This document shows, piece after piece, positions 12,086 through 23,007 of a stretch of DNA of 64,000 bases. Source of the DNA: Methanomassiliicoccaceae archaeon. Lineage in GTDB: Archaea; Thermoplasmatota; Thermoplasmata; Methanomassiliicoccales; Methanomassiliicoccaceae. The notes under the pieces were generated by a model, which saw nothing but the letters and a program-made list of their open reading frames with translations, did not search any database and was not told the DNA's origin. The first letter of the stretch is position 1, and every line of letters starts with the position of its first letter. The stretch lies in contig CAVSJV010000004.1 of the NCBI GenBank assembly GCA_963728405.1, positions 64,001 through 128,000 of the forward strand, given 5' to 3'. Both the position numbers and the translations under genes were made by a program.

Positions 12086-12526
12086 ATGTTCTGTCCCAAC
12101 TGTGGAAAGGATTCAGCACCGGGCGCCAAGTTCTGCGAGAGTTGCGGAACTGTCCTGCCGGCAGGCCAGCAGGCCACTCCTATGGATCAGCAATATGCCC
12201 AGGCGCCTCCACCATATCAGGCCGCACCCCAATACCAGGGAGCGCCTCCCTATGGTCAGCCGATGTATGCTCCCATGCCCCTGAAGAACGCGGGTCTAGC
12301 GGCCATCCTTGCCTTGATAATCCCCGGGGCGGGCCATATCTACCTCGGCCGGATAGGCGAGGGACTGATGTACTTGATCGTGTGCATCGTTCTGGGCGTC
12401 CTGTTCTTCCTACTGGTAACCATTGTCGTTCTGTTGATCCTATGGGTCTGGCAGATCTACGATGCCTATAATAAGGCGAACCAGTACAACGCGGCAGTCC
12501 AACAGACCGGGCGCGCACCCTGGTAA
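12086..12526 (+). CDS. Zinc-ribbon plus TM2-like small membrane protein
   Basis: MFCPNCG...FCESCG ribbon, Q/P/Y-rich linker, and KNAGLAAILALIIPGAGHIYLG TM2-like motif. Confidence 0.85.
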   Translation: MFCPNCGKDSAPGAKFCESCGTVLPAGQQATPMDQQYAQAPPPYQAAPQYQGAPPYGQPMYAPMPLKNAGLAAILALIIPGAGHIYLGRIGEGLMYLIVCIVLGVLFFLLVTIVVLLILWVWQIYDAYNKANQYNAAVQQTGRAPW

Positions 12527-12596
12527 ACACCTTCATCGATCGTTCTTTTTAATTTCCAATTTTTTTATATTTGTACACCGCTCCACGAAGTTAGAG

Positions 12597-12845
12597 ATCG
12601 AGCAGGTACTGCCCAAGGCGCAGCACCTAGATAGCAGATGGTTCTTCGTTCTGTAGCTCCTGCGGCGTTAACCTAACTCAAACGCCATCGCCTGCCTACC
12701 CAGGCACCGCCCCGTATGGCAACTTCGTTTACCGGCGGAAGAGCGAGGGATTGGCATTACTGCTGGCCATCTTGTTACCGGGGCCGGACAGCTCCACGCT
12801 GGAAAGATCGTCAAAGGGATCACCGTAATGCTCACGTTCTCTTAC
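12597..12845 (+). pseudogene. Second decayed zinc-ribbon/TM2-like paralog (5' part)
   Basis: RYCPRRST*IADGSSFCSSCGVNL...RKSEGLALLLAILLPG/GQLHAGKIVKGITVML. Has an in-frame TAG, a lost Cys and a frameshift. Confidence 0.65.
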
Positions 12846-13201
12846 CATGGCCCCCAATACCAATCTAATCGTTTTCACGGTCATCATGGCCACGCCCATA
12901 TTACAGGTCCGGGTGTCATCGCCACCGCTATCATCTGAGCGTGCGGTACGATCCGGTCACCACCCTACTGGCGGGGAGCTTCTCGCTCCTAATAACTTGG
13001 GTCCTCCTCAGGAACGCGTCCCGGGTGGTCAAGTTGGTGGGTACGCAGATCATCGACATCTTCTCCAAGGTGGTCGGTCTCCTGATAGCGGCCATGGCCA
13101 TCGAGTACATCTTCAAAGGCGCCAACGACTGGTTCAACCCCACCGGCCAGGCCTCCTCCCTCATCGAGCCAGTGGTCCATGCGTTGATCGGCCTCCTGTG
13201 A
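12846..13201 (+). pseudogene. MarC family membrane protein, 3' fragment
   Basis: ATP..TGPGVIATAI (frameshifted) followed by ...KLVGTQIIDIFSKVVGLLIAAMAIEYIFKG. The N-terminal half is absent. Confidence 0.65.
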
Positions 13202-13229
13202 CCAAAACCATTTTAACCGCCCTTAATTC

Positions 13230-14162
13230 TTGAGTGCCGTGGTCCAGTGCAGCAAGTGCGGCCGTGACGCGGTCACCTTCATCCGATACAATGGCAGTCA
13301 CCTCTGTTCATCTCATTTTCAGGAGTATGTCGAACATGTCGGGTCAAGAGGGAGCTGCGCGATCAAGTGGACCTGTCGACCATCAAGCATATCGCGGTCG
13401 CCATTTCTGGAGGCAAGGACAGCTGCGCAGCATTGCTGCTCGTCCATGACATCTTGGGCGAGCGCCGGGACGTGACCATCTCAGCAATCACTGTAGATGA
13501 GGGCATCGCCGGGTATCGACCAGAGGCACTGGAGAAAGCTCGCCGCTTCTCAGCCGAGCTGGGGATCGAACATCACGTGGTCTCCTTCCTCGATCTCATC
13601 GGAACGACCATGGACCGGGCGGTCCGGGACCTAGGACAGAGAACGCCCTGCGCCTATTGCGGGGTGTTCCGACGACAGTGCATGAACCAGAAGGCCCGGG
13701 AGATCGGGGCCCAGGCGCTCGCCACCGGCCACAATCTCGATGATATCGCCCAGGCGGTGCTGATGAACTTCACCCGGGGGGACTGTCGAGCGTCTCGCCC
13801 GCATGGGGCCGCATAACAAAGTCCAGCCCGGCCTGGTGCCGAGGATCATACCGCTGCGCCAGATACCAGAGAAAGAGACATACCTGTACGCACTGCTACG
13901 GGACCTGGACTTCACCGATTCGACCTGCCCATACTGGGAAGCGGCGCTGCGCAACGAGTACCGGGACATCATAGACAATATGGAGGCGCGATCGCCGGGA
14001 ACGAAGCATTCCATCCTCGCCAGCTACGATGCCGTTCGGCCCTTGCTCCAGCAGCGGTATCCCCAGACCGACCTCCGCCTATGCGGGTGTGGAGAACCAT
14101 CGCCAAGGGGCAAGTGCATGGCCTGCACTATGCTGGAAGAGATGAAGAAAAGGAAGGGGTAA
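13230..14162 (+). CDS. TtuA/Ncs6-type tRNA 2-thiolation protein; two apparent frameshifts (13334-13339, 13782-13786)
   Basis: N-terminal CSKC..LC.SH, SGGKDS, VDEGI, CAYCGVFRR, GHNLDD, CPY and a C-terminal Zn finger. Frames join after restoring ACGT at both sites. Confidence 0.88.
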
Positions 14163-14181
14163 GGGGTTTCTAAAAAGGGTT

Positions 14182-15459
14182 TCAGAGAAGTTCGTGGTAC
14201 TCGTAGGCCTCGGCGCCCTCGCCCAGGCAGTACTGCACCTTGGTGAAGTCCTTCTTGAGCTCCCAGACGTCCTTCTTGACCTCTTCTGGTTTCTCCTTCT
14301 TCACGACCACACGGTAGATGAGCCGGGCGACCTCTTCCATCTCACCCTTTTCCATGCCCAGCCGGGTCAGTTCTTGGGTGCCCAGGCGAATGCCTGATGG
14401 CTTCACCGCACTGGTATCGCCCGGCAGCATGTTCTTGTTGGTTATGATGTTGGCCTTCTCGAGGTCGAGAGCGGCCTGCGCGCCGCCGCCGTACTTCGAA
14501 ACGTTCACGGCCAGGGTGTGCGACTCGGTGAAGCCGAGGTGGGGGCACATGACATCGATGCCCATCTCATGGAGCGCACTGCCCAGGGCCTTGGCGTTCT
14601 TGATCACCTGGCCGGCATACTTCTTGCCGTAGATCTCGAACTCGGCCATGGTGACCGCCAGAGCGGCCATGGAATGGAGGTGATGAGAGGATGTCACACC
14701 CGGGAATACGGCCTTCTGAAGCTTACTCTCGATGTCCTCGCTGATCTTGTCGCCGATGATGATGCCGTGATTGGGTCCAGGGAAGGTCTTGTGCGTGCTG
14801 GCGGAGATAACATGTACGCCCTCCCTCAAGGGGTCCTGGAACTTACCGCCGGCGATCAGGCCGAGGACGTGAGCCGCGTCGTACCATACGATGCTGCCCG
14901 CTTCCTGTAAGGCATCTTGGATCTCCTTGATGGGGGTGGGGAACAGGAAGACCGATAGACCGAATTGGGCGACCTTGGGCTTCTCCCGGATAAGGAACTT
15001 CCTAGTGGCATCGACATCAAGGTTCCAGTTCTTGTAGTCCCACGGGTAGTGGACCGGGTTTAGGCCACGTAGGCCGACCGCACCGAAGGGGGCTGTCGAG
15101 ATGTGCGCGCCCGAAGCGAGCTCGGGGGTGGAGATCTTGTCGCCAGGCTTGGTGAGGGCGAACAGGATCGCGATATTGGCCACGGTGCCGGAGGTCGGCC
15201 GGACGTCGACGAACTGGGCCTTGAATATCTTCCTGGCGAGCTCGAGACATTTGAGCTCGACCTTGTCCACATATATGTTGCCCTGATAGTACCTTTTGCC
15301 CGGGAGACCCTCGGCGTACCGATCGTGGAAGTCCGAGATCATCATCTCTTTGGCCAGGGGGCTCATGAGATTCTCGGAGGCGATCATGGGAAGGGACTCC
15401 TTGAACCAATCAGTGTGCGCTTTTACCTGGTCTCTAATCCAGTAAGCATCCTCTTTCAT
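14182..15459 (-). CDS. glyA: Serine hydroxymethyltransferase
   Basis: IASEN, YAEGLPGKRYY, YDAAHVLGL, STHKT (PLP Lys) and SGIRLGT motifs. Confidence 0.96.
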   Translation of the reverse strand: MKEDAYWIRDQVKAHTDWFKESLPMIASENLMSPLAKEMMISDFHDRYAEGLPGKRYYQGNIYVDKVELKCLELARKIFKAQFVDVRPTSGTVANIAILFALTKPGDKISTPELASGAHISTAPFGAVGLRGLNPVHYPWDYKNWNLDVDATRKFLIREKPKVAQFGLSVFLFPTPIKEIQDALQEAGSIVWYDAAHVLGLIAGGKFQDPLREGVHVISASTHKTFPGPNHGIIIGDKISEDIESKLQKAVFPGVTSSHHLHSMAALAVTMAEFEIYGKKYAGQVIKNAKALGSALHEMGIDVMCPHLGFTESHTLAVNVSKYGGGAQAALDLEKANIITNKNMLPGDTSAVKPSGIRLGTQELTRLGMEKGEMEEVARLIYRVVVKKEKPEEVKKDVWELKKDFTKVQYCLGEGAEAYEYHELL

Positions 15460-15632
15460 GAAAGTTACCAACTCGCAATAAGGAAACTTATAAAAATAAG
15501 TGTTGTCGAACCGCACGAACTGTGAAAAACCCTAGCGTTCCCTCAACATCGAGCCTCGAACAATAGACTTCTTCTCTCCTTTTCTATATGGCCAGGACTT
15601 TTGCAGCGTTTGGTGCTAGACTATAACATTTA

Positions 15633-15860
15633 TGGCCGCTGGCCTCGAACATCGAGGCCGTGGACATCTCCATCTCCTCCTTCCCCCTCCTCGGCATGCT
15701 GGATAAGCATCGAACCTACTTTAGAAAGGCTCAGTTCAAGCATCCGATCAACTTTGTGGTCGGCCTCATGCTTCAACGACAGGGGCGGTAAGCACATCGA
15801 CCGTCATGGTTACGGCCACTGGAAGCACTAAGGATTCGCTCGAGATCGCCTGGTTCGTTA
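15633..15860 (+). mobile_element. Possible degraded transposase fragment (IS701-like N-terminus) at the left island edge
   Basis: Reads LLGMLDKHRTYFRKAQFKHPINFVVGLML, loosely like DDE/IS701 N-termini. No catalytic core or terminal repeats are visible. Confidence 0.25.
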
Positions 15861-15994
15861 GGCTACAAGAACGATTCGATAATGTTCAATATTTGCCGAA
15901 CTAACTCCACCATTGATGTTCATGGCGCGACACTCGTCCTTGGAAGGTAAAATGCAAGTTGATGTGCGCACATGATGGATTTGGAGGTTAGCGA

Positions 15995-16906
15995 TTGAAG
16001 GACGACTATCTGGATAAAGAGCTAATGGAGCGCTTACAGGTCCCGCCGGGGAAGAAGGTAAAGCTAGACGATTACGACACAGGCTGGGCCCAGAACGAGG
16101 GGATGAAGGAGGAGGGAAAGGAAGGCATAAAAAAAGAAGCCAGAGAGCTATTGGATAAAAACATCAAAGAGCTGGCAGATGCCCAAGAACTGCTGTGGGC
16201 CAGCGATTCCTATTCCTTGCTTATAGTGCTGCAGGGCATGGATGCCGCAGGCAAGGACGGGACCATCAAGCACGTCATGTCCGGCATAAACCCGCAGGGA
16301 TGTCACGTTGTTAGCTTCGGGCCCCCCTCCCAGGAGGACCTGGCTCACGACTATTTGTGGAGGGTGGTCAAAGCTCTCCCAGAGCGGGGGCGCATCGGGA
16401 TTTTTAACCGTTCTCATTACGAGGAGGTGCTGGTGGTCCGGGTCCACCCCGAACTTCTGAAAGCCGAGAACATCACCAGAGGCAAGATTGACCAACAGGT
16501 GTGGAAGGACCGCTACCAGGACATCAACGATTTCGAGCACCACCTCGTTCGGAACGGCACATTGGTGCTCAAGTTCTTCCTGCACATCTCCAAGGAGGAG
16601 CAGAGGCGCCGGTTCCTGGAACGCTTGGAAGATCCCGAGAAACAATGGAAGTTCACTTCCTCGGACATCAACGAGCGTGCGTTCTGGGACGATTACCAGA
16701 AAGCGTACCAAGATGCGATCGGGGCGACCTCAACGCCGTGGGCGCCGTGGCACATCATTCCCGCCGATTACAAATGGGTAGCCCGAACTCTAGTGGCCGA
16801 GATAGTGACCTCTCGGATCAGGTCCCTGGACCTGGAATATCCTAAGCCCACCAAGGAGGAGCTGAAATTGTTGGAGAACGCGAAGGAGAAGTTGAAAACG
16901 GAATGA
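15995..16906 (+). CDS. ppk2: Polyphosphate kinase 2, class III type
   Basis: QGMDAAGKDGTIKHV, HDYLWR, PERGRIGIFNRSHYEEVLVVRVH and KFFLHIS motifs. Confidence 0.93.
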   Translation: MKDDYLDKELMERLQVPPGKKVKLDDYDTGWAQNEGMKEEGKEGIKKEARELLDKNIKELADAQELLWASDSYSLLIVLQGMDAAGKDGTIKHVMSGINPQGCHVVSFGPPSQEDLAHDYLWRVVKALPERGRIGIFNRSHYEEVLVVRVHPELLKAENITRGKIDQQVWKDRYQDINDFEHHLVRNGTLVLKFFLHISKEEQRRRFLERLEDPEKQWKFTSSDINERAFWDDYQKAYQDAIGATSTPWAPWHIIPADYKWVARTLVAEIVTSRIRSLDLEYPKPTKEELKLLENAKEKLKTE

Positions 16907-16970
16907 ATGAGAACTCGGTACCCAGGGAGAGGTCCTTTCAAGATTCTATGAGCCCGTGGGTATCGTTCGG

Positions 16971-18253
16971 TCATCCCATCGTCGACCATCGGAGGAACCA
17001 TTTACGGACCGCCCACAAGGCCAGACCCATAATGATCACTCCGGCACCAAGAAATATGGCGTCGGGTGAGATGAGGAAGGCCATCAGGAGCAGTAGCACG
17101 CAGGATAGGGATCCAAAGACTGGAACGAACTTCGGATACTTTCGATAGGTCGTCTTCAAACGAAAGGCAGAGATGTTGGCGAACATGTAATAGAACAGCT
17201 GGGCGAACATGTTCCTATGGTGACAACGCTGACCAGATCTACGAATAGGACCAGGATAACAATGAACGCCCCGGTCAACACAACGGCATAAGAGGGAGTG
17301 CCATATCGTGGATGAACTCGGGCCATCGCCTTGGGGAGGTCCCCCTGGCGAGCCATAGCATACTCCATCCTGGAAACACCGAGGATGGTGGTGATGAGAA
17401 CGCTCGCTGTAGCCAGCACCCCGCCGATGGAAATAAGGAGCACAGCGAACTCGCTTCCAGTGATGCTCATAGCATGAGAGAGGGGTGAACTCGATGAGGA
17501 CAGACCGGGACCGCCCACTAGGCCGACCGCCACTAGGGCGATCAGGATGTAGAAGACGGTCGAGATGGCCAGCGACCACAGGATGGCCTTCGGCACGTTC
17601 TTTTTTGGCTCCTTGACCTCAGCCGCTATCACCGTGACCCGCGCGAACCCGCCGAAGGCGAAGAATATGTAGTAGGCACCCACGAACGTCCCTGTGCTCA
17701 AAGGTTGAAAGGGCTGAAAATTTGCCAGGTTAATGAACATTAGACCAAAAACGATGAAAAAGGACAATAGGATCATCTTGGCAAGTACGATGGCGTTGTT
17801 GAGCTCGGCAGTGTGGCTCGCCCCGTAATAGTTCATGACCGTGAAGATGATGCAGATCGCCGCGGCGACGATGGGGACACTTAGCCCCGGAAATATCACT
17901 GCCAGATAGTAGGCGAAGCTGAGAGCTACCGCTGCCCCTATCAATGTATTGGATAGTGACCACATCCATCCCGAAAGAAAACCGGCCAAGGGGGAGATGA
18001 GCTTGCCGGCATAGTCGTAAACACCACCCTCTCGGGGATCCCATATGGTCAGCTCGATCAGGCTCAAGGCAGTTACAGATGACACAGCAGCAGCTAGGAC
18101 GATGGAGATGACGATCGCTGAGCCCGCATAGCCGGCGGAAATGCCTGTGACCACGAAGATGCCCGATCCAATGATGGCTCCGATGTTGATCGCTATCGCG
18201 TCCACTAGGCTGAGCGAAGGCGTCAGGCCCGGGATCGCCCTGAGCTTAGGCAT
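16971..18253 (-). CDS. APC family amino acid permease; apparent +2 frameshift at 17207-17212
   Basis: GAIIGSGIF, FAFGGF and AEVKEPKKNVP motifs, about 12 TM segments. Restoring AACGTT joins VTIGTFAQLFYY. Confidence 0.88.
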
Positions 18254-18671
18254 CGAAAATCATTAATCCAGTAGCTCCATTATGTATGTGTGCATCCAGT
18301 GCTCGGGCTGACATCTTTGATCGCAGATCTCCCAATGGAACCAGAGACCTGATAGTAGGGCGCCACCCCAGATATCTGATCGGCGAAGCAATGGAGCAAG
18401 TTGTAGGGACAGTCATGGAGCGGGGGTTTTGTACCGATACTGTCGGCCTCTGCGACGAACACCCGACCCGCGATCCGATCGTCGACATTTCGACACCCCA
18501 TGCTTTGATCGCATCTCTGTACTTCCTCCGATCTACAGGTAGCTTTGGTAAGCAAATTAAGCACACTATGAGGGGACGACCCCCTGTGACTTTAATCTGG
18601 TCAATGATGTATTTCCTCATGTAAACTAACCGTGATTGATATGTATGGGTTAATGAGAAGGAATACGATGG

Positions 18672-21203
18672 ATGGTTTCGGCAAAAAATGCGTCTGTTCA
18701 ACAGAGTGGAGAGTCAGTTCAGGGCTCGATCCAAGATTATGAAAAAATGGGTATCGCCGAAACATTTGCCAAACTATCCAGCAGTGAAAAAGGATTGACA
18801 GACGCGGAGGCCCACGAACGCGTGAAGCGGTTCGGCTACAATGAGCTCTTAGAGAAAAAGGTCAATCCAATACTTAAGTTCCTGAGCTACTTCTGGGGGC
18901 CCATACCCATCATGATCATGATCGCGGTAGTACTGTCCGCGATCATCGGCCACTGGGAGGATTTCTTCATCATCCTGGCGCTGCTGTTCTCGAACGCCAT
19001 CGTCGGTTTTTATCAGGAGAGGAAAGCGGATAACGCCATCGAGCTGCTGAAGCAGAGGCTCGCTCCGGAGGCCCGGGCGTTCCGCGATGGTAAATGGGTC
19101 CAGATACCTGCAAAAGAGCTTGTCCCGGGTGACGTCGTCCGCGTGCGCCTCGGCGACATCGTTCCTGCGGACATAAAGCTCTTCAAAGGCAAGTATCTCG
19201 AGGTGGACCAATCTGCGCTCACCGGCGAGTCGCTGCCAGTGGAGAAGGCCGAGAACGATGTAAGTTATTCCGGCTCGTTGATCAGAAAGGGCGAGATGGA
19301 TGCCATAGTTGTCACAACTGGAATGAACACATACTTCGGAAAAACTACGAAGTTAGTCGGAGAAGCAAAGGCGGCCAGTCACTTCCAGCGCAATGTGGTG
19401 AAGATCGGTGACTACCTGATCGTCATCGACGTCGTCCTGGTCGCTTTGGTCCTCATCACCGCCATCCTGCGCCACCAAAGTCTCTTGGACACTTTACAGT
19501 TCGCCCTGGTCCTCACCATTGCCGCCATCCCGGTGGCGCTGCCCGCGGTGCTCTCGGTGACCATGGCCATAGGGGCGATCGTCCTGGCGAAGAAGGAAGC
19601 GATCGTCAGCAAGCTCGTGGCCATCGAAGAGATGGCGGGCATGGACATCCTTTGCTCGGACAAGACCGGCACCATAACACAGAACAAACTGACCTTGGCC
19701 AAGGTCATTGGTTATGGTGATACCAGCGAAGCGGAGGTCATGCTGAATGCCGCCCTCGCTTCCCGAGCCGAGGACAAGGATCCCATCGATAGTGCCATTC
19801 TCCAGAGCATCGATTCAATGGGTGAAGTTAAGGAACAGGTCAGCAGCTACGAGATCAAAGAGTTCGTTCCGTTCGATCCGGTTATCAAACGCACCGAGGC
19901 TCAGGTCGTAAGCAAGAGTGGGGAGTTTCGCGTGACCAAGGGCGCGCCCCAGATCATTCTAGGCATGGTGGAGAACAAGGAAGACCTTGGCACCCAGGTC
20001 CAGAAAAACGTCCAGGACCTAGCCTCGATGGGATATCGGGCCTTGGGAGTTGCACGCCGAGAAAAGGACGGATGGCGATTACTGGGAGTCATTGGCCTGC
20101 ACGATCCCCCGCGCTCCGATTCTTCTGTAACGATCCGTAAGGCACAGCAGATGGGGCTTGAAGTAAAGATGGTTACTGGAGACCATTCCGCCATCGCCAA
20201 GGAGATCGCCCAAGAGGTCGGTCTGAGCACCGATATCGTACCATCAGAGTCGTTCGTTAACATGCCGGAAAAGCAGGCTGCCGATGTGGTGGAAAAGGCC
20301 GGTGGCTTCGCCGAGGTCTTTCCTGAGCACAAGTACCGAATCGTTCAACTGCTACAGGGAAAGGGTCACATAGTCGGCATGACCGGAGATGGGGTCAACG
20401 ACGCTCCAGCGTTGAAGAAAGCGGATGCCGGGATCGCGGTGGAAGGTGCTACGGACGCCGCCAAGTCGGCCGCGGACATCGTTCTGACCCGTCCCGGCCT
20501 AGGTGTGGTCATCGACGCCATAATCGAAAGCAGGAAGATATTTCAAAGAATGATCAATTACTCGATCTACCGCATATCGGAGACTATCCGGGTGCTATTC
20601 TTCATCACTTTATCCATTCTCGTATTCCAGTTCTACCCCATAACCGCCTTGATGATCGTTCTTCTTGCTCTATTGAACGATCTGCCCATTCTGACCATCG
20701 CCTTCGATAATGTCCTTTACTCTGCAAAACCGGAGAAATGGGACATGCGCACCCTCCTTCTGGTGGCGATGTACCTCGGGATGATCGGCGTGGTCGAGTC
20801 GTTCATCGTCCTCTACATCGGACTGAACGTGTTCCACCTGGACCAGGCATCGCTCCAATCGTTCATCTATCTAAAGCTCTCAGTGGGCGGGCACCTCGTA
20901 CTGTTAGTTGCTCGTACCAAAGGGCATTTTTGGTCAGTGAGGCCAGCACCCCAGTTGCTGTGGGCGATAATCTTGACCCAGACCACTGCCACCCTCCTGG
21001 TGATATTTGGAATATTGCTGCCTCAACTGGGTCTCGTCTACGTCGCGTTCATCTGGGTCGAAGGTCTGCTAGTGTTCATCATCACAGATTTCCTCAAGGT
21101 GGGCCTATACGACATCCTGATCAAGAGAGGAGTGGTGGCACAAGGAATATCCGCTCCGGAGGATGGGGGCACGCCCAAGGGGGAGCCAACCCCCTCCAAG
21201 TGA
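18672..21203 (+). CDS. Plasma-membrane H+-transporting P-type ATPase (P3A), copy 1
   Basis: DQSALTGES, IPVALPAVLSVTMA, CSDKTGT, KGAPQ, MTGDGVNDAP, SRKIFQRM and M6 ALLND motifs. Confidence 0.95.
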   Translation: MVSAKNASVQQSGESVQGSIQDYEKMGIAETFAKLSSSEKGLTDAEAHERVKRFGYNELLEKKVNPILKFLSYFWGPIPIMIMIAVVLSAIIGHWEDFFIILALLFSNAIVGFYQERKADNAIELLKQRLAPEARAFRDGKWVQIPAKELVPGDVVRVRLGDIVPADIKLFKGKYLEVDQSALTGESLPVEKAENDVSYSGSLIRKGEMDAIVVTTGMNTYFGKTTKLVGEAKAASHFQRNVVKIGDYLIVIDVVLVALVLITAILRHQSLLDTLQFALVLTIAAIPVALPAVLSVTMAIGAIVLAKKEAIVSKLVAIEEMAGMDILCSDKTGTITQNKLTLAKVIGYGDTSEAEVMLNAALASRAEDKDPIDSAILQSIDSMGEVKEQVSSYEIKEFVPFDPVIKRTEAQVVSKSGEFRVTKGAPQIILGMVENKEDLGTQVQKNVQDLASMGYRALGVARREKDGWRLLGVIGLHDPPRSDSSVTIRKAQQMGLEVKMVTGDHSAIAKEIAQEVGLSTDIVPSESFVNMPEKQAADVVEKAGGFAEVFPEHKYRIVQLLQGKGHIVGMTGDGVNDAPALKKADAGIAVEGATDAAKSAADIVLTRPGLGVVIDAIIESRKIFQRMINYSIYRISETIRVLFFITLSILVFQFYPITALMIVLLALLNDLPILTIAFDNVLYSAKPEKWDMRTLLLVAMYLGMIGVVESFIVLYIGLNVFHLDQASLQSFIYLKLSVGGHLVLLVARTKGHFWSVRPAPQLLWAIILTQTTATLLVIFGILLPQLGLVYVAFIWVEGLLVFIITDFLKVGLYDILIKRGVVAQGISAPEDGGTPKGEPTPSK
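18910..19063 (+). repeat. 154-bp exact direct repeat, copy A (in H+-ATPase 1)
   Basis: Identical by eye to 41035-41188 (tcatgatcatgatcgcgg...gaagcagaggctcgc). Confidence 0.9.
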
Positions 21204-21286
21204 TAGTGCTCATATGTCGGCAAATTGCTAAGATCGTTGCTAGGGCGGGATAGACTTTTTATCCGTGACCGTCAGAATCCTTTGGC

Positions 21287-21748
21287 ATGTACTATAGAGA
21301 AGGTAGCCGAGAGCGAGAGTTCGAGCCTGAAATTAGTCCGCCACCGATAATACCTCCTCTGATCGAGATCGTTCATCATGCCCTTTTCTTGCGGGCCGAA
21401 GTATTGCAGAAAGAATATCCTGGCACAAGGGTTGAGCAGGAATTTCAGGACGACGAGCCTCGGGGCATTCTTTGGCTAATAGCGGACGATGGCACTGTGA
21501 TTAGGAAAGAGTTCGTGGAAACATCCTTCTCTGCCGACAGGCCGGAGCGGGACGGGGAGTACATCGATGCCGTTCGAAGATTTCGACACATTGCTATCCA
21601 TTATCCTGGTTTGATCATGCCGAAGGAGCATGTTATAAAGCGTATCTCTGACCTGTTGATCAATGCCAGGGCAACTGAGTTACCTGAGGAAGTTACCATA
21701 CAGGGCTTTCTTTATGCCGAAGATGGGAGAACCATCTTGGAGGCATGA
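21287..21748 (+). CDS. Hypothetical protein
   Basis: 153 aa ORF with normal composition and an upstream TTTTATC box. No recognised family. Confidence 0.6.
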   Translation: MYYREGSREREFEPEISPPPIIPPLIEIVHHALFLRAEVLQKEYPGTRVEQEFQDDEPRGILWLIADDGTVIRKEFVETSFSADRPERDGEYIDAVRRFRHIAIHYPGLIMPKEHVIKRISDLLINARATELPEEVTIQGFLYAEDGRTILEA

Positions 21749-22105
21749 CAATTCTTTCCCCCCATTTGATTCATACTCCGATTATCGCATAGTCTGCTTT
21801 CTCTAGACTATCCAGGATCGATAGGGCGAGTCATACTGCTGTAAAATGACCTTAGCTCTCGAGGTTTGTGGCCCAATAGCATGACGGCTCGGGATGGTAC
21901 AATATCGGCCTGTCACTTGGGGTGGGCTGAACCTTACATCGACATCAACGTGCCTCGGTTCGGCCATCAGCTACGACCTCGGAGCCAGGCCTCCAGGGCG
22001 CAGACTTAGTAACCACATTAGGTTGCTTCGAGCGCTCGATCATGGACCGTGGCCCCTTGTGCCGTTTCTGATAGGAACTTAGCAGCTCCGAGATAGGCGT
22101 AGCGC

Positions 22106-22540
22106 TCAGGGCACTACGAGCACGGGCACCTCGGAATGCTGAACGGTTCGGGAAGATACGCTCCCCAGGAGGAACTCCTGGACCCCGCTGACGCCCGTGG
22201 CACCGACGACTACGAGGTCATACCCCTTCTTCGATCGGTTTAAGAGCAGTTGGGCCGGATTACCCATCTCCACCACGGTATCAAAGGCAACCTTCTGCTC
22301 ATCCATGATCTTACCGGCCCGATTGAACATCTCGCCAGCGAGTATGTCCTCACTAGGTACGTAGGTTGGCTTGGAGATGAAACGATCGGTATAGATCGAG
22401 TCCGTGGCCACGAACATCAGCGTCACCGTGGCCTCATAGTGCGCGGCCAATTCAGCAGCATAGCCCGCTGCCCTATACGATCCTTCTGAGCCATCGATCC
22501 CTACTAGTATCTTCTTGATTGCAGGCATATTCTCAAGCAA
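22106..22540 (-). CDS. Universal stress protein (UspA family)
   Basis: ILVGIDGSEGS...GNPA...LVVVGATG...LLGSVS...PVLVVP. Confidence 0.92.
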   Translation of the reverse strand: MLENMPAIKKILVGIDGSEGSYRAAGYAAELAAHYEATVTLMFVATDSIYTDRFISKPTYVPSEDILAGEMFNRAGKIMDEQKVAFDTVVEMGNPAQLLLNRSKKGYDLVVVGATGVSGVQEFLLGSVSSRTVQHSEVPVLVVP

Positions 22541-23007
22541 TTATTCGAGCAACTATGTTATGAGGTTTATGTTCATTACTCAATATTTGTTCGTAAAAGA
22601 AAGGAGCTTTTATTCTAACCCAAGAAAATTATAATTTTGGCCATACGGGTGCCGTTCTCAGTAAGGTTCTTGTCAAGGCCCTCTGTGCCAGGCAGTACCT
22701 GCATTCCATCCGCTCTCTCAATCGCCTTCTGTTCCCTATTCTATTCTCGCTCACTCCCCTCTCGCAGTCGGGTCTTAATATCCCCTCGGCGAGGCTTAAT
22801 GGGCGGGCCTGTTCGCGAGTATGAGACTTTGCCACCCGTCATGAGATCGGGCAGAGACAGTGGTGCCATCGCTGATGGGACAGGACCCCCTCAGATAGGC
22901 CCTGATCACCCACCTGTGATCCAGCCCCCGATCTTCGGTCATCTCGATCGGATGACCTCCTCCTCGGGAGGGGATCGTTTATTCCATACGATGGCCTGGG
23001 AGCCCGA

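Noticed and set aside
12620-12640. In-frame TAG as a pyrrolysine codon
   Set aside because: The same ORF has lost a Zn-ligand Cys and its start codon and has a frameshift. The TAG-terminated genes I checked elsewhere show no convincing read-through extension.
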